Positions 49,990-64,000 of a stretch of 64,000 nt of DNA are shown piece by piece. The DNA comes from Octopus sinensis (lineage: Eukaryota). Below the pieces are notes generated by a model, which saw only the letters and a list, made by a program, of their open reading frames with translations, ran no database searches and had not been told where the DNA came from. The translations under genes and the position numbers were made by a program. Location: NCBI RefSeq assembly GCF_006345805.1, contig NC_043015.1, forward strand, positions 34,286,001 to 34,350,000, in the 5' to 3' direction. Every line of letters begins with the position of its first letter. Position 1 is the first letter of the stretch.

Positions 49990-51900
49990 GTCAGTGTAAT
50001 GTCTTAGCGTTGGGCCTCACTTCTTCACAACATTATAAATCATTTGGCTTTGCCGAGTTAATATATTGTTGCCATTTTTGTCATGGGAGATAATGTAAGG
50101 CCTATTATCCACCACCTGGTGGTCTATCTGTAAATTACAGTTCCAAAGTACTTTCATAATGCTATTATCTAAGACAAACAGAGAGTCATATGTCTGCCAG
50201 AGAGTTTTTTCCCTGAAACATTTGAGATTTGTGGAATAGGCATTTGTAGAACAGCTTTGCTACGTTATTGTGTTCCAAGTTGTATTTTATCAAACTTAGT
50301 ATTGGACATCATGACACCATTGTGCATTTTCTCTAGAAAATGTAGTCACGCAGGCAACTTTGGTCATTAATATTGTAAAATTTTTTTTACTATTTCTAGT
50401 GATGATGCCGTTTCTTGTGTTGCAAATGCTTTTGCTTCTACTCTCTTATTCAGGTCAGATTTGGGAATCCAGACCAGAAATAGTCTTGCATTTATATATG
50501 GGGCATCCAGTTCATGAAAATATAGACCTTGAAAAAGATTGTCACTATGGTTGTTTCATCTTGGTAGATCTATATGCCATCAATATGTCTATTTTCATTT
50601 CAGCTCTAGGCTCCAACTTAAGCAATTTGAAGTCTAAACCAACTTCTTGTGAGAATTTTGTCCCTTTGGATATAATCAATTTGCTACTGTTTTGCTATCA
50701 AGTGCACATGGCAGGTTCTGGGCAACATTAGTAATTGGCTTCTTATATTCCTCCCTAGTGTTCAATGGTTCTCAATCTTCAAGCAGTGTACAGTTGTTGA
50801 GTGTCAGACTTATGGTGTAATATGTGTCATCTTTAAAAACTTATTTCTCATATTACAGTCACAGAATACAGATCTCTCTTACTACAATCCAATAACACTG
50901 AGCCACAAATTATGGCTGGCATTGCAAATCTGTCTCAAATGGTTGAGCTTTTAATAATTTTTGCTCTGTCAAAAAATTCAAGCATTTTTGTTTTGTAACT
51001 TTACATTTACACAGTTTTACTCACATCTTTACCCAAATAGCTGTAGAATGCACAACTGTCCGGTTCCCATATTATCCACCCCATTCCTTGCATTTTTAAA
51101 CCATCTGTCTTGTTTCTTAACAGTTTCTTACTTTCTCCAGTCCAAAGAAAATTTAAATCTTGCTAAACTGAATTTTTTAATCTTTTAGTCATGAGGGAAG
51201 GCAGTGGCCAAAACCCTTTACAGTTCCTCCAAGACTGCCGGGAGGGAGAAGGTTATTCTCAAACAGGAAACCTTGTCCAAAGCTTGCAAATGCAAAGGTA
51301 TCAAAGGTGCCGGGTGATGGTTTTAAACCAGGCAACAAGTTCAGTCTGTCGTACATGTAGGCAATATTCGCACTCTGAACAAAAAAGAACCAGAACAATT
51401 CCCATGAAGCATTCTAATACTCTAATGACTCTGCAAAGTTTGCTGCCTCAATAATACTCAGGAGATTCTGAAGCTTGGAATCATTCCCAGAATACAATTT
51501 TACTTCATCTGCAAAGAGACGATGGTTAAGCCTGGTCCTTTCTCTCTTCCAAAATTAGCTTTTTTTCCACTGAACTGGTTACTTAAAGAAAACAAATACA
51601 GAATAGAATGGAGATCAGAAGTACTGTTTCTTAGGAATATCTTAGTAGATATGTCTGTGAAGCTGGATCTTTTACCCATGGAGTTGTCAGTCACCATAGC
51701 AACTATGTGCTGTTATTCAATGAAGGTCACTACTGATGTACTTCTTGGGACAAAATAAAATGGTTTTCTGCACTTAATCCAGGCACATTATTTCTTCATA
51801 TTTCGGCATCATTCACTACCATCTTGTTAACAAAGCACCATCGACAGTGCACTAGGACAACAGCATACGTCTGTTCCGATCTGCAGAATTACATTATATT
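49990..51900 (-). mobile_element. Highly decayed R4/Dong-like non-LTR element (RT and restriction-like endonuclease)
   Basis: FVNKMVVNDAEI*RNN..WI.CRKPFYFVP resembles RT LIDKMILEDAK..KRNL..AWIDYKKAFDSVP; HNNVAK and KVLWNCNLQIDHQVVDNRPYII resemble RHDNVAK and KILWDF.IQTD.....RPDI. Confidence 0.55.
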
Positions 51901-52063
51901 TTATAAATATTTAATGATCCTGTTGGGTATTATTTATTTATAAGCAATAAAGTAATAGATTGATGGATCATCTGCTGGTCTTTTGTTGGAGATTATTGTT
52001 GTTCTAAAAGTAAGGAGTCAGATTGTTTAAAAGAATGTTGATGGTTGTTTCCTGGCAGTGTAA

Positions 52064-52107
<44 letters not shown>

Positions 52108-52424
52108 AGTCTATGTACTTCATACGTTATTTTCTCCATTATTGCTAATTATATCCTGGTTGATGATTCTGTATTTCCATGTCAAATTTCATAGATTTTT
52201 GTTCTAACATTTGTTCTTCCCAAAAATGTTTAATTTCTTTTATTACCCTTAATTCCAATGCCATTCCTTGGTACTATTCTTTCGGAAAAAATCATGTGAT
52301 TTATATATCAGTTGCATTTATTTTGTTCTATTACATTATCTCACCTCATTAATCTTAACATTTCTATGTTTACAGTCATTACCGAGTTGGTATAATTATT
52401 TGATGCTGATGATGCTGATGCTGG

Positions 52425-52460
<36 letters not shown>

Positions 52461-53759
52461 CATCTTCAAGCTTTATTTTAATATTCTTATACTTCAAAAA
52501 ACCTATTAATGTATCAGGAAACAAAGATAAGCTCTATATAATTATGAACAACAGATCTTATCATTGTAACTCTAATTTCTATGCCACCAGTAGCAGCTGC
52601 TGTTACAGTTGCTGCTTGTCTTTTAGGTATCGTGGTTATTGGTTTATAATATAACACATGCGAAATATGGATTTTATTTTAACCCCTTAACTATTTCTAT
52701 CTTCAGTTTTAATTCCATCTTCATTATTCAATTATTATTTTATAAATCCCTCTTGAAAATATTTAATTCTCTTGTCTACTTCTGGCCTCAATATAAAACT
52801 GGTCATTGTTTAATACAAGCAAACCTTTTAGTTGAGATTTTAGAAATTCTTTAACAGCTTCTGTGAATTATTAATTTACGTGATTTAATCTGATATATTT
52901 TTGAAGAAAGGTTATTTGTCAGACTTACAGAAATTAACCAAAGTACATAATGTGTTAAGTTTTGAAAGGTTGAAAGCAATCTCAAAGAGACCAACGGCTA
53001 ATATTCCTCTTGAGTAGTTGTAAGTTGACAGCTTCAGGAAAAGTATTGGAGGCAATTCTAGATAAATGATGTTTGGGGAAAGAATGATTGGGGAAAGAGT
53101 GTTTAGTGATAAGAGAAGAGACAAGTGAATTAGAAGCACCTTAGTGGAGGTGGCATGAGATCAACCGGCTCTGAAGAGCAGAAGCTGCTGTAGTAGCAAT
53201 AGGAAAGACAAAAAGAGGAGATAGTGTGTCCATGCACCAGAATTTGGAGTGTAATGATAAGTGACTTCATGTGAATCAGTTAAGTGGCCTTTCTTCAGGT
53301 GTCAGCATCAGTTAAAGCAGCAGCATCTCAGTTGTGAGAACGATACGGTGTGCTAGTGTTCACTGTGTAACACTTTACATAATAACTATAGTATTGAATG
53401 CACAATGGCCTATATATCCTTTATTCATAGTTTCAAAAGCACTGATGCCTATATATGATATATTTATAGTAATCGAATATACTGCTACCTGTATAACTTA
53501 TATACATTTCTTTGAAGACATGAAATTAAATATCAAAAAATTGTTTGTTATTGCTCTTTAAAATTGTATTACATCCGGCTCTGTCTATTATTAAACATAC
53601 AATCCAGTTGGGATCTTTGTCACTGGGATTATCCATTCAGTCACTTCTTTAAACATGAAGCCTTGGATCCTAGAATTCAGTCTGTACTCTACCATATTAA
53701 AGTACTGTGCTAAACTATACTCTATGCTTGTATACCAAACTGTACTCTGTTCTCTGTGT

Positions 53760-54066
53760 GAAGGAATGTGGCTTGGTGGTTCGGGTATTCAGCTCATAAT
53801 CATAAGGTCATGATTTTGATTCCCAGTGATGCCTTGTGTCCTTGAGCAAGACACTTTACTTCACATTGCTCCAGTCCACTCAGCTGGCAAAAATGAGTAG
53901 TACCTGTAATTCAAAGGGGGCCAGGCTTGTCACACTGAATCACTTTGAGAACTACGTTAAGGATACACGTGTCTGTGGAATACTCAACCACTTGCCTGTT
54001 AATTTCATGAGCCGGCTGTTCTGTTATTTGGATCAACTGGAACCCTCGTCATCACAACCAATGGAG
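53760..54066 (+). mobile_element. tRNA-headed SINE (family of 4632)
   Basis: Shares GTGTCCTTGAGCAAGACACTTTA.TTCA..TTGCTCCAGT..ACTCAGCTG with 4632-4930. Confidence 0.65.
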
Positions 54067-57000
54067 TGCCAGTCACTCTCTCCTGTACCATGCTTTACCC
54101 TGTTGTACAATTCTCTACTATACACTACTATACTCTAGTCTTCTGCACTTCACTCTACTCCACACCGCTGTACTGTCACAAGTCAGTGAAGGGCAGTATT
54201 TGTCATCTCAACATTCAAATATTCTATCCCTTTCCACTGTTACATACAATATACACAATAGTAAAATAACTTCCTCTTTTTCTCCATCTCATTTCATATC
54301 CCTGTGTCCTTTCGGTCCCAATAATAGAGTTCGTTTCTGAAATTTATTTGTGATCCAGTGCAAAGTCCAGCAACACAGATTAGTTGTCACAGTTGCAGGA
54401 AGGAAGCCATTATGGAACCATCTCAGGGTCTCAATGACAAGGGGCTAAATGAGTTGATGTCTATTTCTTTTTAAGGACCAACAATATTTGACCACAAAAT
54501 TCCCTTTCTCTATCAGATGCATTGTTTAGGGGATGTTGTTGTTGTTTATTCCATGTTTCCTGTTATATACTGTGAGCAGGTGACAAGATATTTTGTGTTA
54601 CCCTTTTTGTAAAGGGTAAATGTGGGTTTACATCTTATATAAGTTACTTATGGGTCACCCAGCTTGCAGTAGCTTGCTATAATCTTTGATTATATCTAAA
54701 GAATCTCCTGTTTTACCATTCAACTTTAGTTCTTTACATCTCAATAAATCTTTTTCTTTTCTACTCATTTTTCAAGTTGTCTTTTCTCTGTTTTATATAT
54801 TTATTTATTCTTCAAAGCAAAGAGTAAATATCTTCCAAAGCAGTAGCTTTGTCTTTGCTTTATTAAAGAGAACTATTCAAGTTTAGAGTACTCTTTGTGG
54901 CAGATAAGGTAAGAATTACAATTTCTTTTAGCAGAAATTAAGAGTACTTTTGCTTTTCCCAAAGGATACCCTGGCATTATATTTTGACACAGTATTGAAC
55001 CTTTAGTAGAGGTTACCTCACTTGATAGAGTAAACTAGTTTTTGACTCAGAGTAACATTTTTTTAAAAGACGAATACTTATATTTATGAGGAAGATTTTG
55101 TGCTGTTGTTATTGTTGTTAGCACGTTGCTGTTGCCATTGTGTTTTGTTCTTATTCAACTTTGGTCAAACTTTATAAAATAATCCCAACTTACTGGAAAT
55201 GCGTGGTTTAAACCAGTTTTTTAACAGATTCTACAAACGGAACATCCCTAAACTTTATACTCATACCTCTAAAAACGATTCCATCATTTCATTCACATCA
55301 AATAATTTTATTCTTTGCTTATAAAAAAATTTCTACAAAAGAAAACATGAACTCTTTTTCCTGAATTATGTATCCAATCTTGAAATATTTTTCTTCTTTT
55401 ATAGCTTTGAAAATATTCACATATTTGAATTTTAAAAAAATGAGAGAAAATGAGATAAAAAAAAATTTAATTAAAAAAATTTAAGGCGATATTTTACAAC
55501 TATATTTCTTCAAATGATAAATTATCAAACTAAAAAATGGGTTTATTAAGTTTTACAAGATTTACTCATAGAATCTATTCTCAACCTTTCTACATCATTT
55601 TTTATTGCAGAATCCAGATAAGTAGCCAACATGGCTGTTGATCTGTAATTTTTAACAGTTCTAACTGACAATCTCTTTCTCCATATTTGGAGCTGCCTTA
55701 ATAAAACATGTATAGAAATGATCTTTTTAACTCTATCGATTCCAAACTACTCCACACCTGTTTTATTTAGTATTTCTCACACTCTTATTTCCTTCTTTAA
55801 TTAATTTTAAAAATTCTACAGTGTTTATCTTTCTATTACAAAGCAATTAAAATACTTTTTAGATTTACAACAGAGAAAAGGAAACAAAAATAAAAATGAA
55901 TTATTAAAAAGTATAAACAAAAATGTCGAAACTACTTTGTAAAGCTATTTTGATTGTGAGTGAAAATCATTGTTCATGAATGATGAAGTTCAAATATTTG
56001 ATGATAGCAATGAAAAGTTGTGAAAATAGTTGCATTTGTTTGTTTTTGTTGCCTTACATTAGCAGAGGTAATGTGGAGTGGCTATATTTGTAGATCTCCC
56101 TTATATTTGCTTTGTATGCTTCCAAAATTGAATAAAATAAGAAGTTGGTTCAGAAAAAAAATATGTCTTTCAGTTTTTCTTTTGTTTTTCAGTTCTTTCG
56201 ATCATTTTAGAGCTTTGAAATTAAAGCCATTTAATTTGCTTTACAGAAAAGATATTTAATGTATTTTAAAGAGCGAGCAGACATTTTAAATGTCATTTCA
56301 TGTTTGCTTAAAATTTCTGAGAGATAAGAATATAAATGATTTTATTAATTATACTCATAATTCATTTTATGATGTATTTTTTTTATACAAGGTCTATTGT
56401 TTTTCATCTAATGAGATGTATTTTACTGAAGAGGCAGAAAATAGATCAATATTGGGTTTCTGAGAAATTTGAAATATGCTGTTTGCAGAGTGTTGAAGAA
56501 TCTGTTGCTTGAAATAATGTAGAAAATGAAGGAAAGTAAAGAATGGTGATAATAGTGCTAATAACCATCCTTCCAAGATGAAGCTATCAATCAAGCTTGT
56601 AGATTTATAGCACAATTGAAGAATTATTGATGGCTAAAATTATGAGTTTTAATTATTTGGTGAGCCAGAAGTTGAATTGTTAACCACTAATCACTTATCT
56701 GTCTCAAATATATAATTATTGAAATACACCATGAAATTAAATCAGAAAATGTGCAGTGAACGAAACTTCATTTACTATAAAAATATTATCTTTTTAATTG
56801 TTTTATTCTCAAAACAGAGTTGAAAATTCCTTATTTGATCCTACGTGGAAAATCAAAAGATGGAGCTCAATAATTCTATAAAATTTACAAATTATGTAGC
56901 AGTCATAATGTTTTTCTATTTCAGATTCAGATAATGAAGTAAGATTTCATTTCAACAGCTCTCTTTTGTACTAATATTATTTATCAAATGAATCCTGAGG

Positions 57001-57199
57001 AAAGCCCCAGCAAATGCAGCAGAAAAGGGATAGCATTTCTTTGAACAAATGAACAAGTTCAGTTATAACATAAATCAATTATATTAAGTAGTAGCTAAAA
57101 ATAACAGTCTCTTCAGTTAGAGAATTTTTTTTAATTCTGAGAAGGAGTATGAACAACAATAGAAGCACTGCAGTTGTGATTCTTCAAAGCAATGAACAC

Positions 57200-58350
57200 A
57201 GCACTTGAGCAATGTTGGGACACCATATTAACACAAGATGTTTAGTCCAGGAAAGTTTATTTTCATATTCACCTCAAACCCCCATAACCAGAAGCCATTT
57301 GCTTGTCCACTACATAGAGACTCTCTCCCACCAATTTATGTTCCAGTTGAAGACAGAAGCCCAATTAACTCCTGGTTGAAACATTTAACAGGGTCATATA
57401 AAGTTCTAGTAAAAATGCTTAATAAGATTCAAAATCTTCAGACAATGGCTTGATGAAGGAAAATTTCCATCATGCAACCCAATACTACAGAGGCTGAAAG
57501 CCTCCAAGAATACAAAGCCTTTCTAGAAAGTACAAAATCTTAACTGCAATAATATCAGAGAAAGTAATAAAATATCAAGGAAAACTAGTTGTAAGTCATC
57601 AATCACTGATGAATAAATCATCAATCAAAGACTGCAAAAGAAAAGAGTTTGAGAATGGCATGAACTGACTAGCAAAAGGTTTTTCACACAACATTTCTCA
57701 CACACAGATCTTGGAAACATTAACCATATGTAAGGTTGCACCAATAATAATCAGATACATTGTGTCATGGTAACTGTCAAATCATTCTGTTGATACAAGG
57801 AAAAGGGTAACTAAGAAGCTAAATCTATCGCTATTAACAGAGGAATATGTCAAGGAGACATCTCCCCTTCACTTTAACCCATTCCCAACCTCTTCTTTTC
57901 CTTTTACAATCTTTGATTGATGGTTTATTCATCAGTGATTGATCTTTACAACTATAAGAGCAGTTTCAGTATCTTTTCTGCTCTTCTGGAGACAGGTTGT
58001 TTTTCATCCACTGTTGAACGTGTTGAAGCGAATGGAGCTTCGTTTGTACACTGCAGATGGTAAACAAGCAAGAAACACTGTTGCAGATAAAGAATGGAAT
58101 TATAAGAGGAACTGATAAGATATTTGGCTTAGAGAAAAGGACTAAAGAAACCCTGAAGAAAAAAAAGTTAATGAAGAACACTCAAGGCATGTTAAATAAA
58201 AAAGATGGAGATATGAGAAGAGCGGAAAACAGGGACAAATATTGAAGAATCAATGAACAGGATATTGTATTACACACACAAATGAAAAAGTTCAGAAAAA
58301 ATATCAGAGATGTAAATGAATACTTAAAACAGAATTAAATGCAAAAATAA
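57200..58350 (+). mobile_element. Second decayed R4/Dong-like RT fragment
   Basis: INRGICQGDISP resembles IKRGIFQGDSLSP; MELRLY...ETLLQI...IFGLEKRTKETLKKKKL resembles MDDLKLY...LL.IV...EFGLEKCAK.TFK.GKL. Confidence 0.55.
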
Positions 58351-59292
58351 AATTATACGCATCTCAGTACTCTCGTTGCCTCAGCCAATAAGTTACATTT
58401 GCAATATTCTCAAATGGATGCTAAAGAAATGAGAAAAACTAGAAAGACATTCGAAACCAAAAACATAATAATGACATTGTTCGAAATATATTTGCCATGA
58501 GAGTCTTATGCACCTGAAAATAAAAAACTAGTATAAAACTTATGTACTAGTATCTTCTAAAATGACAGCAATTATCTTTGCTTTACTTAAATGTAATGAA
58601 AATGCCATTGCTAAAATATAGAAAATTGAATATATATTTGGATACTGATATTTACTTGTTATAATAGATTATGCACTGAACAATCTTAAAAAAAAAATAC
58701 TTTTTCAATTTAATATTTGCTTTAATATTATTCTCACTGAAAATTTATTCAATTGCAGAAAAATCATCTCAGAAAGATATTGAACTGAGGAATTGTATCA
58801 ATATTTAATTTGATAATTCTTTTGTTACTACATTTTCAGTGGAAATCTTCTAAAAAAATTTCCACGGTGATATTTATTTTCTGCATGCATTTTTAAAGTA
58901 TTCTGATTTCTAGTTTAACTGAATGTTTTTTTCTGTGGGAAATGATGGCAGCCAGCAGTGGATATTCTCCATTAGGTGTGAATGACTGACTTAATGATCT
59001 CTAATGGCCGTTGGGAATGCTAGCACAACATGAGATTAACATCTTATGAAGGAAAAGAAAGTATCACTAAGTTTTAAATTCAGTCTTGAGATGTAAGCCT
59101 CATCTAGTATTTTTTTTTTAAGATAGAGAACAGAAAGAGATTTTTGGCTTCTGTTCTCATTAAACAGTGCTATTTTCATATCAAAAATCTATAATATCAA
59201 AACAATCATACCAAATTTTGGTTTCAAAACACGAAAGTCTTGATGAAGTTGTTTTTAAAAATTCAGTTGGAGATCCTTTCTGACGTGTTTGT

Positions 59293-59309
59293 TGGCCACC
59301 AGAGGGCTG
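59293..59309 (+). promoter_or_regulatory. CTCF-like motif TGGCCACCAGAGGGCTG
   Basis: Close to the CTCF core TGGCCACCAG(G/A)GGGCGC. Motif match only. Confidence 0.3.
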
Positions 59310-61599
59310 ACCCTTTCACATACAGTGATATTTCCAGCCAGAAATCCAAGGATATCATTGTTCAGTTTCAAAACTTTCTAAAGGTTTATCTTTGATGATT
59401 ATGCTGTCAGTTGATTCTTAACTTGAGAAGCCTGCTGTTGAATCCACAAATATGTCTTTGATTCTGCCCTTCACATCTTCATTTAATATTGATTCAGAAT
59501 GTATTTCCATTGAATCTTTTCAGTTCTCATTCATTAGTCTGTGTTCTGCTTTCAACATCAAACAGTCATCTTTTAAATTCTTATCCTCTCATCATCACAG
59601 TTTCTAATAAGTTTAAATCTTTGACATAAGGCCAAAGTTGAGATGAATTAACACAATTTTCAGTGCTGCCCACTTCATTGCTTCTTCCCTACCTTGTGTG
59701 TGTGTGTATGTGTGTGTGTGCAAGCAGAAGTATTTCTAGTAACATCAACCTGTCAATTGTCTCAGTCGCAGTTTTGAAAGTACAGTCGAATGTGCCATAA
59801 TCTTTTCCAGTTGGACTTGCAAAGAATTCTTCTAAGATATCACTAAGTGCGTTTCTTGTTAAGAACATAGATTCAGTCAAGAACAATTTTTCCTAAAGCA
59901 TCAATATATGATTATTTTCCTTTGCTTTTTAAGATTCTACAACTAAGAAGCATCACTGGGTTTTACAAAATTCTCCCAACTATTTTTTCCCTCTACTTGA
60001 AACTGTTAAGCTTAAAAACTCTATTCTGCTTGTGTTAGAATTGGAGTACAATTAGGTTTAATACAGTTAATACACAGACAATTTAGATTGTTTGACTGTA
60101 TAAATGTCAACACTACCTGTTAGACTGTTTTGGAATATTAAGTTTCCATTTAAATGTCCATTCATTTTCTTCTTATTGTTCATTCAGTTGAGTGAATTTT
60201 GTTTGTGTTTCTTATTTCTATTTGTTGTTGGGGTGTCTTGTCATCTACTGTATTTGTGTTTAGTGGATATTTTTGAAAATGGAAATACCAAGCATGTAGA
60301 AAATGTCTATGAAAACAAATCTGTTTTAATCAACCTTCAAGAAATTCAGGACAGGCTTTTCCTTTTCTTACTCAAGTAATTTTTATTCTTTCTCTAATGT
60401 ACTCGAAAGAAAATTTAATTTAGTAATGTTATAACTAAGGTCTCATTTTGAAGAGAAATGAACATAAGGCTGCTGAGGAAAGTGTACAATAATTAATAAT
60501 AACAATGATGATGATGATGATGATGATGATCACAATGTGACAACAACAATAATAATGAAACAGAACTTTACACAAAAATAATAAACATTCATATCTTGTA
60601 ACTAGCATTATATTTATACAAACAACCAATATTAACTAACCAAAAGTTAGTTAATAAATGTGTGCATGAAACCACCCCTGAATATTATATAATATTTGAC
60701 ATCGAAGCTAAGTTGTTAATGTCTGAAAAGACAAATAATACAAAAGAACCACATTTTTCATTTTAAAGCAAAGTAAATCATTTCAACCAATTTTTATGTC
60801 AGGTATACTGGCCATTAATTATGGCAGTATAAGGTGGGATTAGTGAGAAAATTGAACATTTGGAATAAAGTAAATGGGACACATTTTAATGAAAAGAAAA
60901 TAATGAATTAATGAGAGAATTAAAAATATAATTGCTTATGTTAAGGAAAATGAGTTTCTTGATTTCAAATCATTTTTATTATTATTATGGTTTTGATGAG
61001 AAGGAAAATGGCAGTTCAAAGTTCCTAAAACTAGTGGAAGGAAGAAGAGAGGAAAGGTAATGTATAGACTTCGAGTGTAATTCTATAACAAAGGAGATTC
61101 CACTAAAGGTACCTGGTGGTGTTAAATTGGGTGATGGATTAAGTCTGTCACTCAAGAGTAGGAATCACCTTTCTGTCAGTGTCCACTCAGTTCTCATCTA
61201 CCAAATTTCCCTCTTGAGGCTTTAGCCATGTGCTAAGGTAGAAGTCATGTCATAGTTCCACTCTGTGTGTCATAGATGTGAAATGAACTTAATCTCACAA
61301 CAAACCACTTGAGTGGTTTATTGATTGGATTTTTAAGACTTAGTAAGGTAAATAAAGGCAGGCATCATTGGTATTTTTATTTGGTGGTATGGAGGGAAGA
61401 CACAATCACTGATGCTGCAAGAGGAAACAGAGTATCACAAGTTCAAATTCAAGCGTAACCTGATAATCACTCGTAACATACTGGAACAACTGAAGTCACT
61501 CAATGACAATAGATTTCGTTGACCATCCAATTTAGTTAGAAGTAAAGGATCAATGCTCGTATTCATTGCAATCTCTCCCAGACTAGTGAGACTGATGTG

Positions 61600-61830
61600 A
61601 TTCATAGTCGAATTGAATGATGACTATTCAGTGATGGTGGTAAGATTCCAGTGGGCTGTAGTGTAGGGTGAAAGGATTGAACAAAGAGCTTAGTACAAGA
61701 TCCAATGGTAAAGGGGAAAATGAGTGAGTTGGGTGGGCGAGCTGTATGCAAGGGTGTATAGGTAACTGGTTCTGAGAGACGGAGGCAATTGTAGGAGCTG
61801 CAGATGAGACAGAAAGAAGAAACTGTGCAA
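61600..61830 (-). mobile_element. CR1/L2-like LINE 3' fragment
   Basis: HTARPPNSLIFPFTIGSCTKLFVQSFHP resembles the HP..V......T..Y..SFFP C-terminal motif. Confidence 0.4.
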
Positions 61831-63764
61831 AGATAAGAAAATTTTTCAAAGCCTGAAAAATAAAACAGATATATCAAAAGTTGACATCACATTTAACAAA
61901 TCACAATGGTGGTCACTGTTTATTAAACAAAAATGTTGATATCACAGTTAATTGTATTAAAACATTCAGGTTTTGTTTATCACAAAATTGTTATTTTAAA
62001 GCAAAAACTTTAAAATGATAAACTAATTATTTTATGATTCTATAAATTCTTAAATTGTTTACACTTCATTCTGGCATTGTACTCATTGTCATTGTTGTTG
62101 AGTTGTTATGGCCTTTCTTTAAATAAATGAATGTGCAGTACAGAAGTAGCCAAGTAAATATTCAGGAAGGACTATAAACTTTGCCTGTTGCAAATTTCGT
62201 AGTCTATTAGTTGTTGCTCAGCTGGAGTCATTTCACATCTTGAGAAAGACAAAAATATCACAACCTCTTGATTCTCTTACACAACAGAAAAATATTCTAG
62301 CTGGTGGGGTCAAAAGTATTGGCAATCCATGAGTTAAAGGATCACAAGTTCAAATCTTAAGAACAGTGCTTTACTGTCAAAAGGATATTACTTTCAAGAG
62401 CCTAGTATACTTAGCTACAAGTAGATACCATGTGGTTACATGACTTAGCTGCAAGAAAGAAACCTCTCTAATTCACTAGATGACAGTACTAAGTTCAGTT
62501 TCTGCCATAAATTTTGGCCAGAAGGGCCTGATAGTCACCACCTACTCTAAATAATTGACAGTAAAATTGATTCCACAGATGATAATGCTTACCACCGTTA
62601 TGGCCATCCCACCACCACTGTCACGACCAACTATCATCACCATCGCTACGTAAATCAGAAATATCTATTTTACTAGTAGACTATCATTCAATAATAAGTG
62701 ACAGATTTTCAGATGTGGGTCAATTTCAAGGTTAGAAACATTCCAGCTTTACCAGCAATGGACATCAAAATAAATTGTTTAGACAAACACAAAAAAAATT
62801 CTTGATGATGATAATAATGATGACAATGATGATGATGATGATAAGGACGGTGATGACAACAAAAATAAAATTATTATAAAAAATAAAGCAATCCAGACCA
62901 TTAATTAATTGTAGGTAATCTTCTCAAGGAAACTTATAAGTCAGCAGAATTTGACAGGTAGAAACATCAATTTAGTTCTTTTCTTCTCTTCCAGACAATA
63001 TTTAGAAAAAAACAGAGCCGTCTTGCTTTTTAATTTTTTTTCCTGTAAATGTCAAATCAGATCAGGTTTGTGATTTGTTCTTTCAAAAATGCAAAATACA
63101 GAAACAGGGTCACACTTTCACTGGAACATTCCAATTGTTAACACATCAAATTACAGAGAGGAAGATTTCTAATAAAACATTGAAGTTTATGTTTCAAGAG
63201 AGTTTTCTGGGTTGCTCATGGATAATTGCCTCAAATCTTACTTTAAGCTTAGCAAAATTAACAGGGTGCCAAACAAAATGCATTTCCCTTTATATTCATC
63301 ATCATCACTTTAACATCCATTTTCCTTGCTTGCATGGAGCTCACAGTTGGAGCTCACAAGAGGCAGATTCTCTACAACTTGCACCGATTCCCAACCAAGG
63401 TAATATTTTTCCCAAGGCCAGACATGATTTTGTAGAATATTGGAAACGAATGACATTGTTCATATGACACTGACACAATCATTTACAACTGACACATAAT
63501 GTTGAAGCAAGCAGACAATAACATGCACACACACATCCACAAATATGTCTCTACTGACTTTATGGTTAGTGAAAGCAAAACCGATCGACAAACACAATAT
63601 AAAATATATTTTTAAATATATTGAAACTATGTAAAGTGTGTGCATTTTCCTTCTTTTATTTTATATTTATTTTTGCATTACAACTCACCATGTGGGGATA
63701 GTCGAAATTCCCCCATGTGTGTTACTACTATTTACCACGTGTGGAACAGAAAATGTTGCTGAAA

Positions 63765-64000
63765 CCTCCCACAAACATATTAGATAAAACCCATTGACCC
63801 AATTTGCTGACTTTTGCGATGACACACAGTTGTTGATGAATGGTTGAATGACCAAATCCAAGCTTCTCTGCTTGTTCCTCAACAGTTACGATGGAATTTT
63901 GTTCCACCAGGGTTTGCAGGATGTCCTCGTCGAACTCTACAGATCTTCCAGGACGAAGCTTGTCTTCTAGGCTGTAGTTTCCAACTCAGAATTTCAGGAA
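63765..64000 (-). mobile_element. Mariner fragment (family of 14154 and 17932), running off the window end
   Basis: Reverse complement of GGAAACTACAGCCTAGAAGAC...GTAGAGTTCGACGAGGACATCCTGCAAACCCTGGTGGAACAAAAT...AAAGTCAGCAAATTGGGTCAATGGGTT. Confidence 0.85.

Noticed and set aside
52700-53140. Additional Penelope/TERT-like coding remnants here and at 32300-32950 (minus strand)
   Set aside because: The frames look loosely protein-like, but I could not identify any diagnostic motif.
63689-63760. Possible minus-strand exon ending ...IPTW|GTGAG
   Set aside because: Weak acceptor, abuts a mariner fragment, no recognisable homology and no partner exons.

Overview
AT-rich, microsatellite- and transposon-dense animal genomic DNA. 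The SINE families and repeat landscape suggest a cephalopod, probably Octopus (inference). I can reconstruct one protein-coding gene with confidence: a Popeye-domain (BVES/POPDC-like) gene on the + strand. It has 7 coding exons (ATG 21505, stop 46053-46055, 389 aa), GT-AG introns with matching phases, and at least one unlocated upstream non-coding exon. The rest of the window holds Penelope-like element remnants carrying hammerhead-ribozyme motifs (one inside a 156-bp near-perfect palindrome), mariner and DD37D/maT transposase fossils, a young non-autonomous Helitron, RTE, CR1-like and R4/Dong-like LINE fragments, many tRNA-derived SINEs, a fold-back MITE, a solitary 5S rRNA copy that is probably a pseudogene, and degenerate 11-, 14-, 20- and 29-bp tandem arrays. 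Almost all other ORFs in the supplied track are microsatellite translations or TE fragments. Family assignments come from my reading of motifs, not from database searches.
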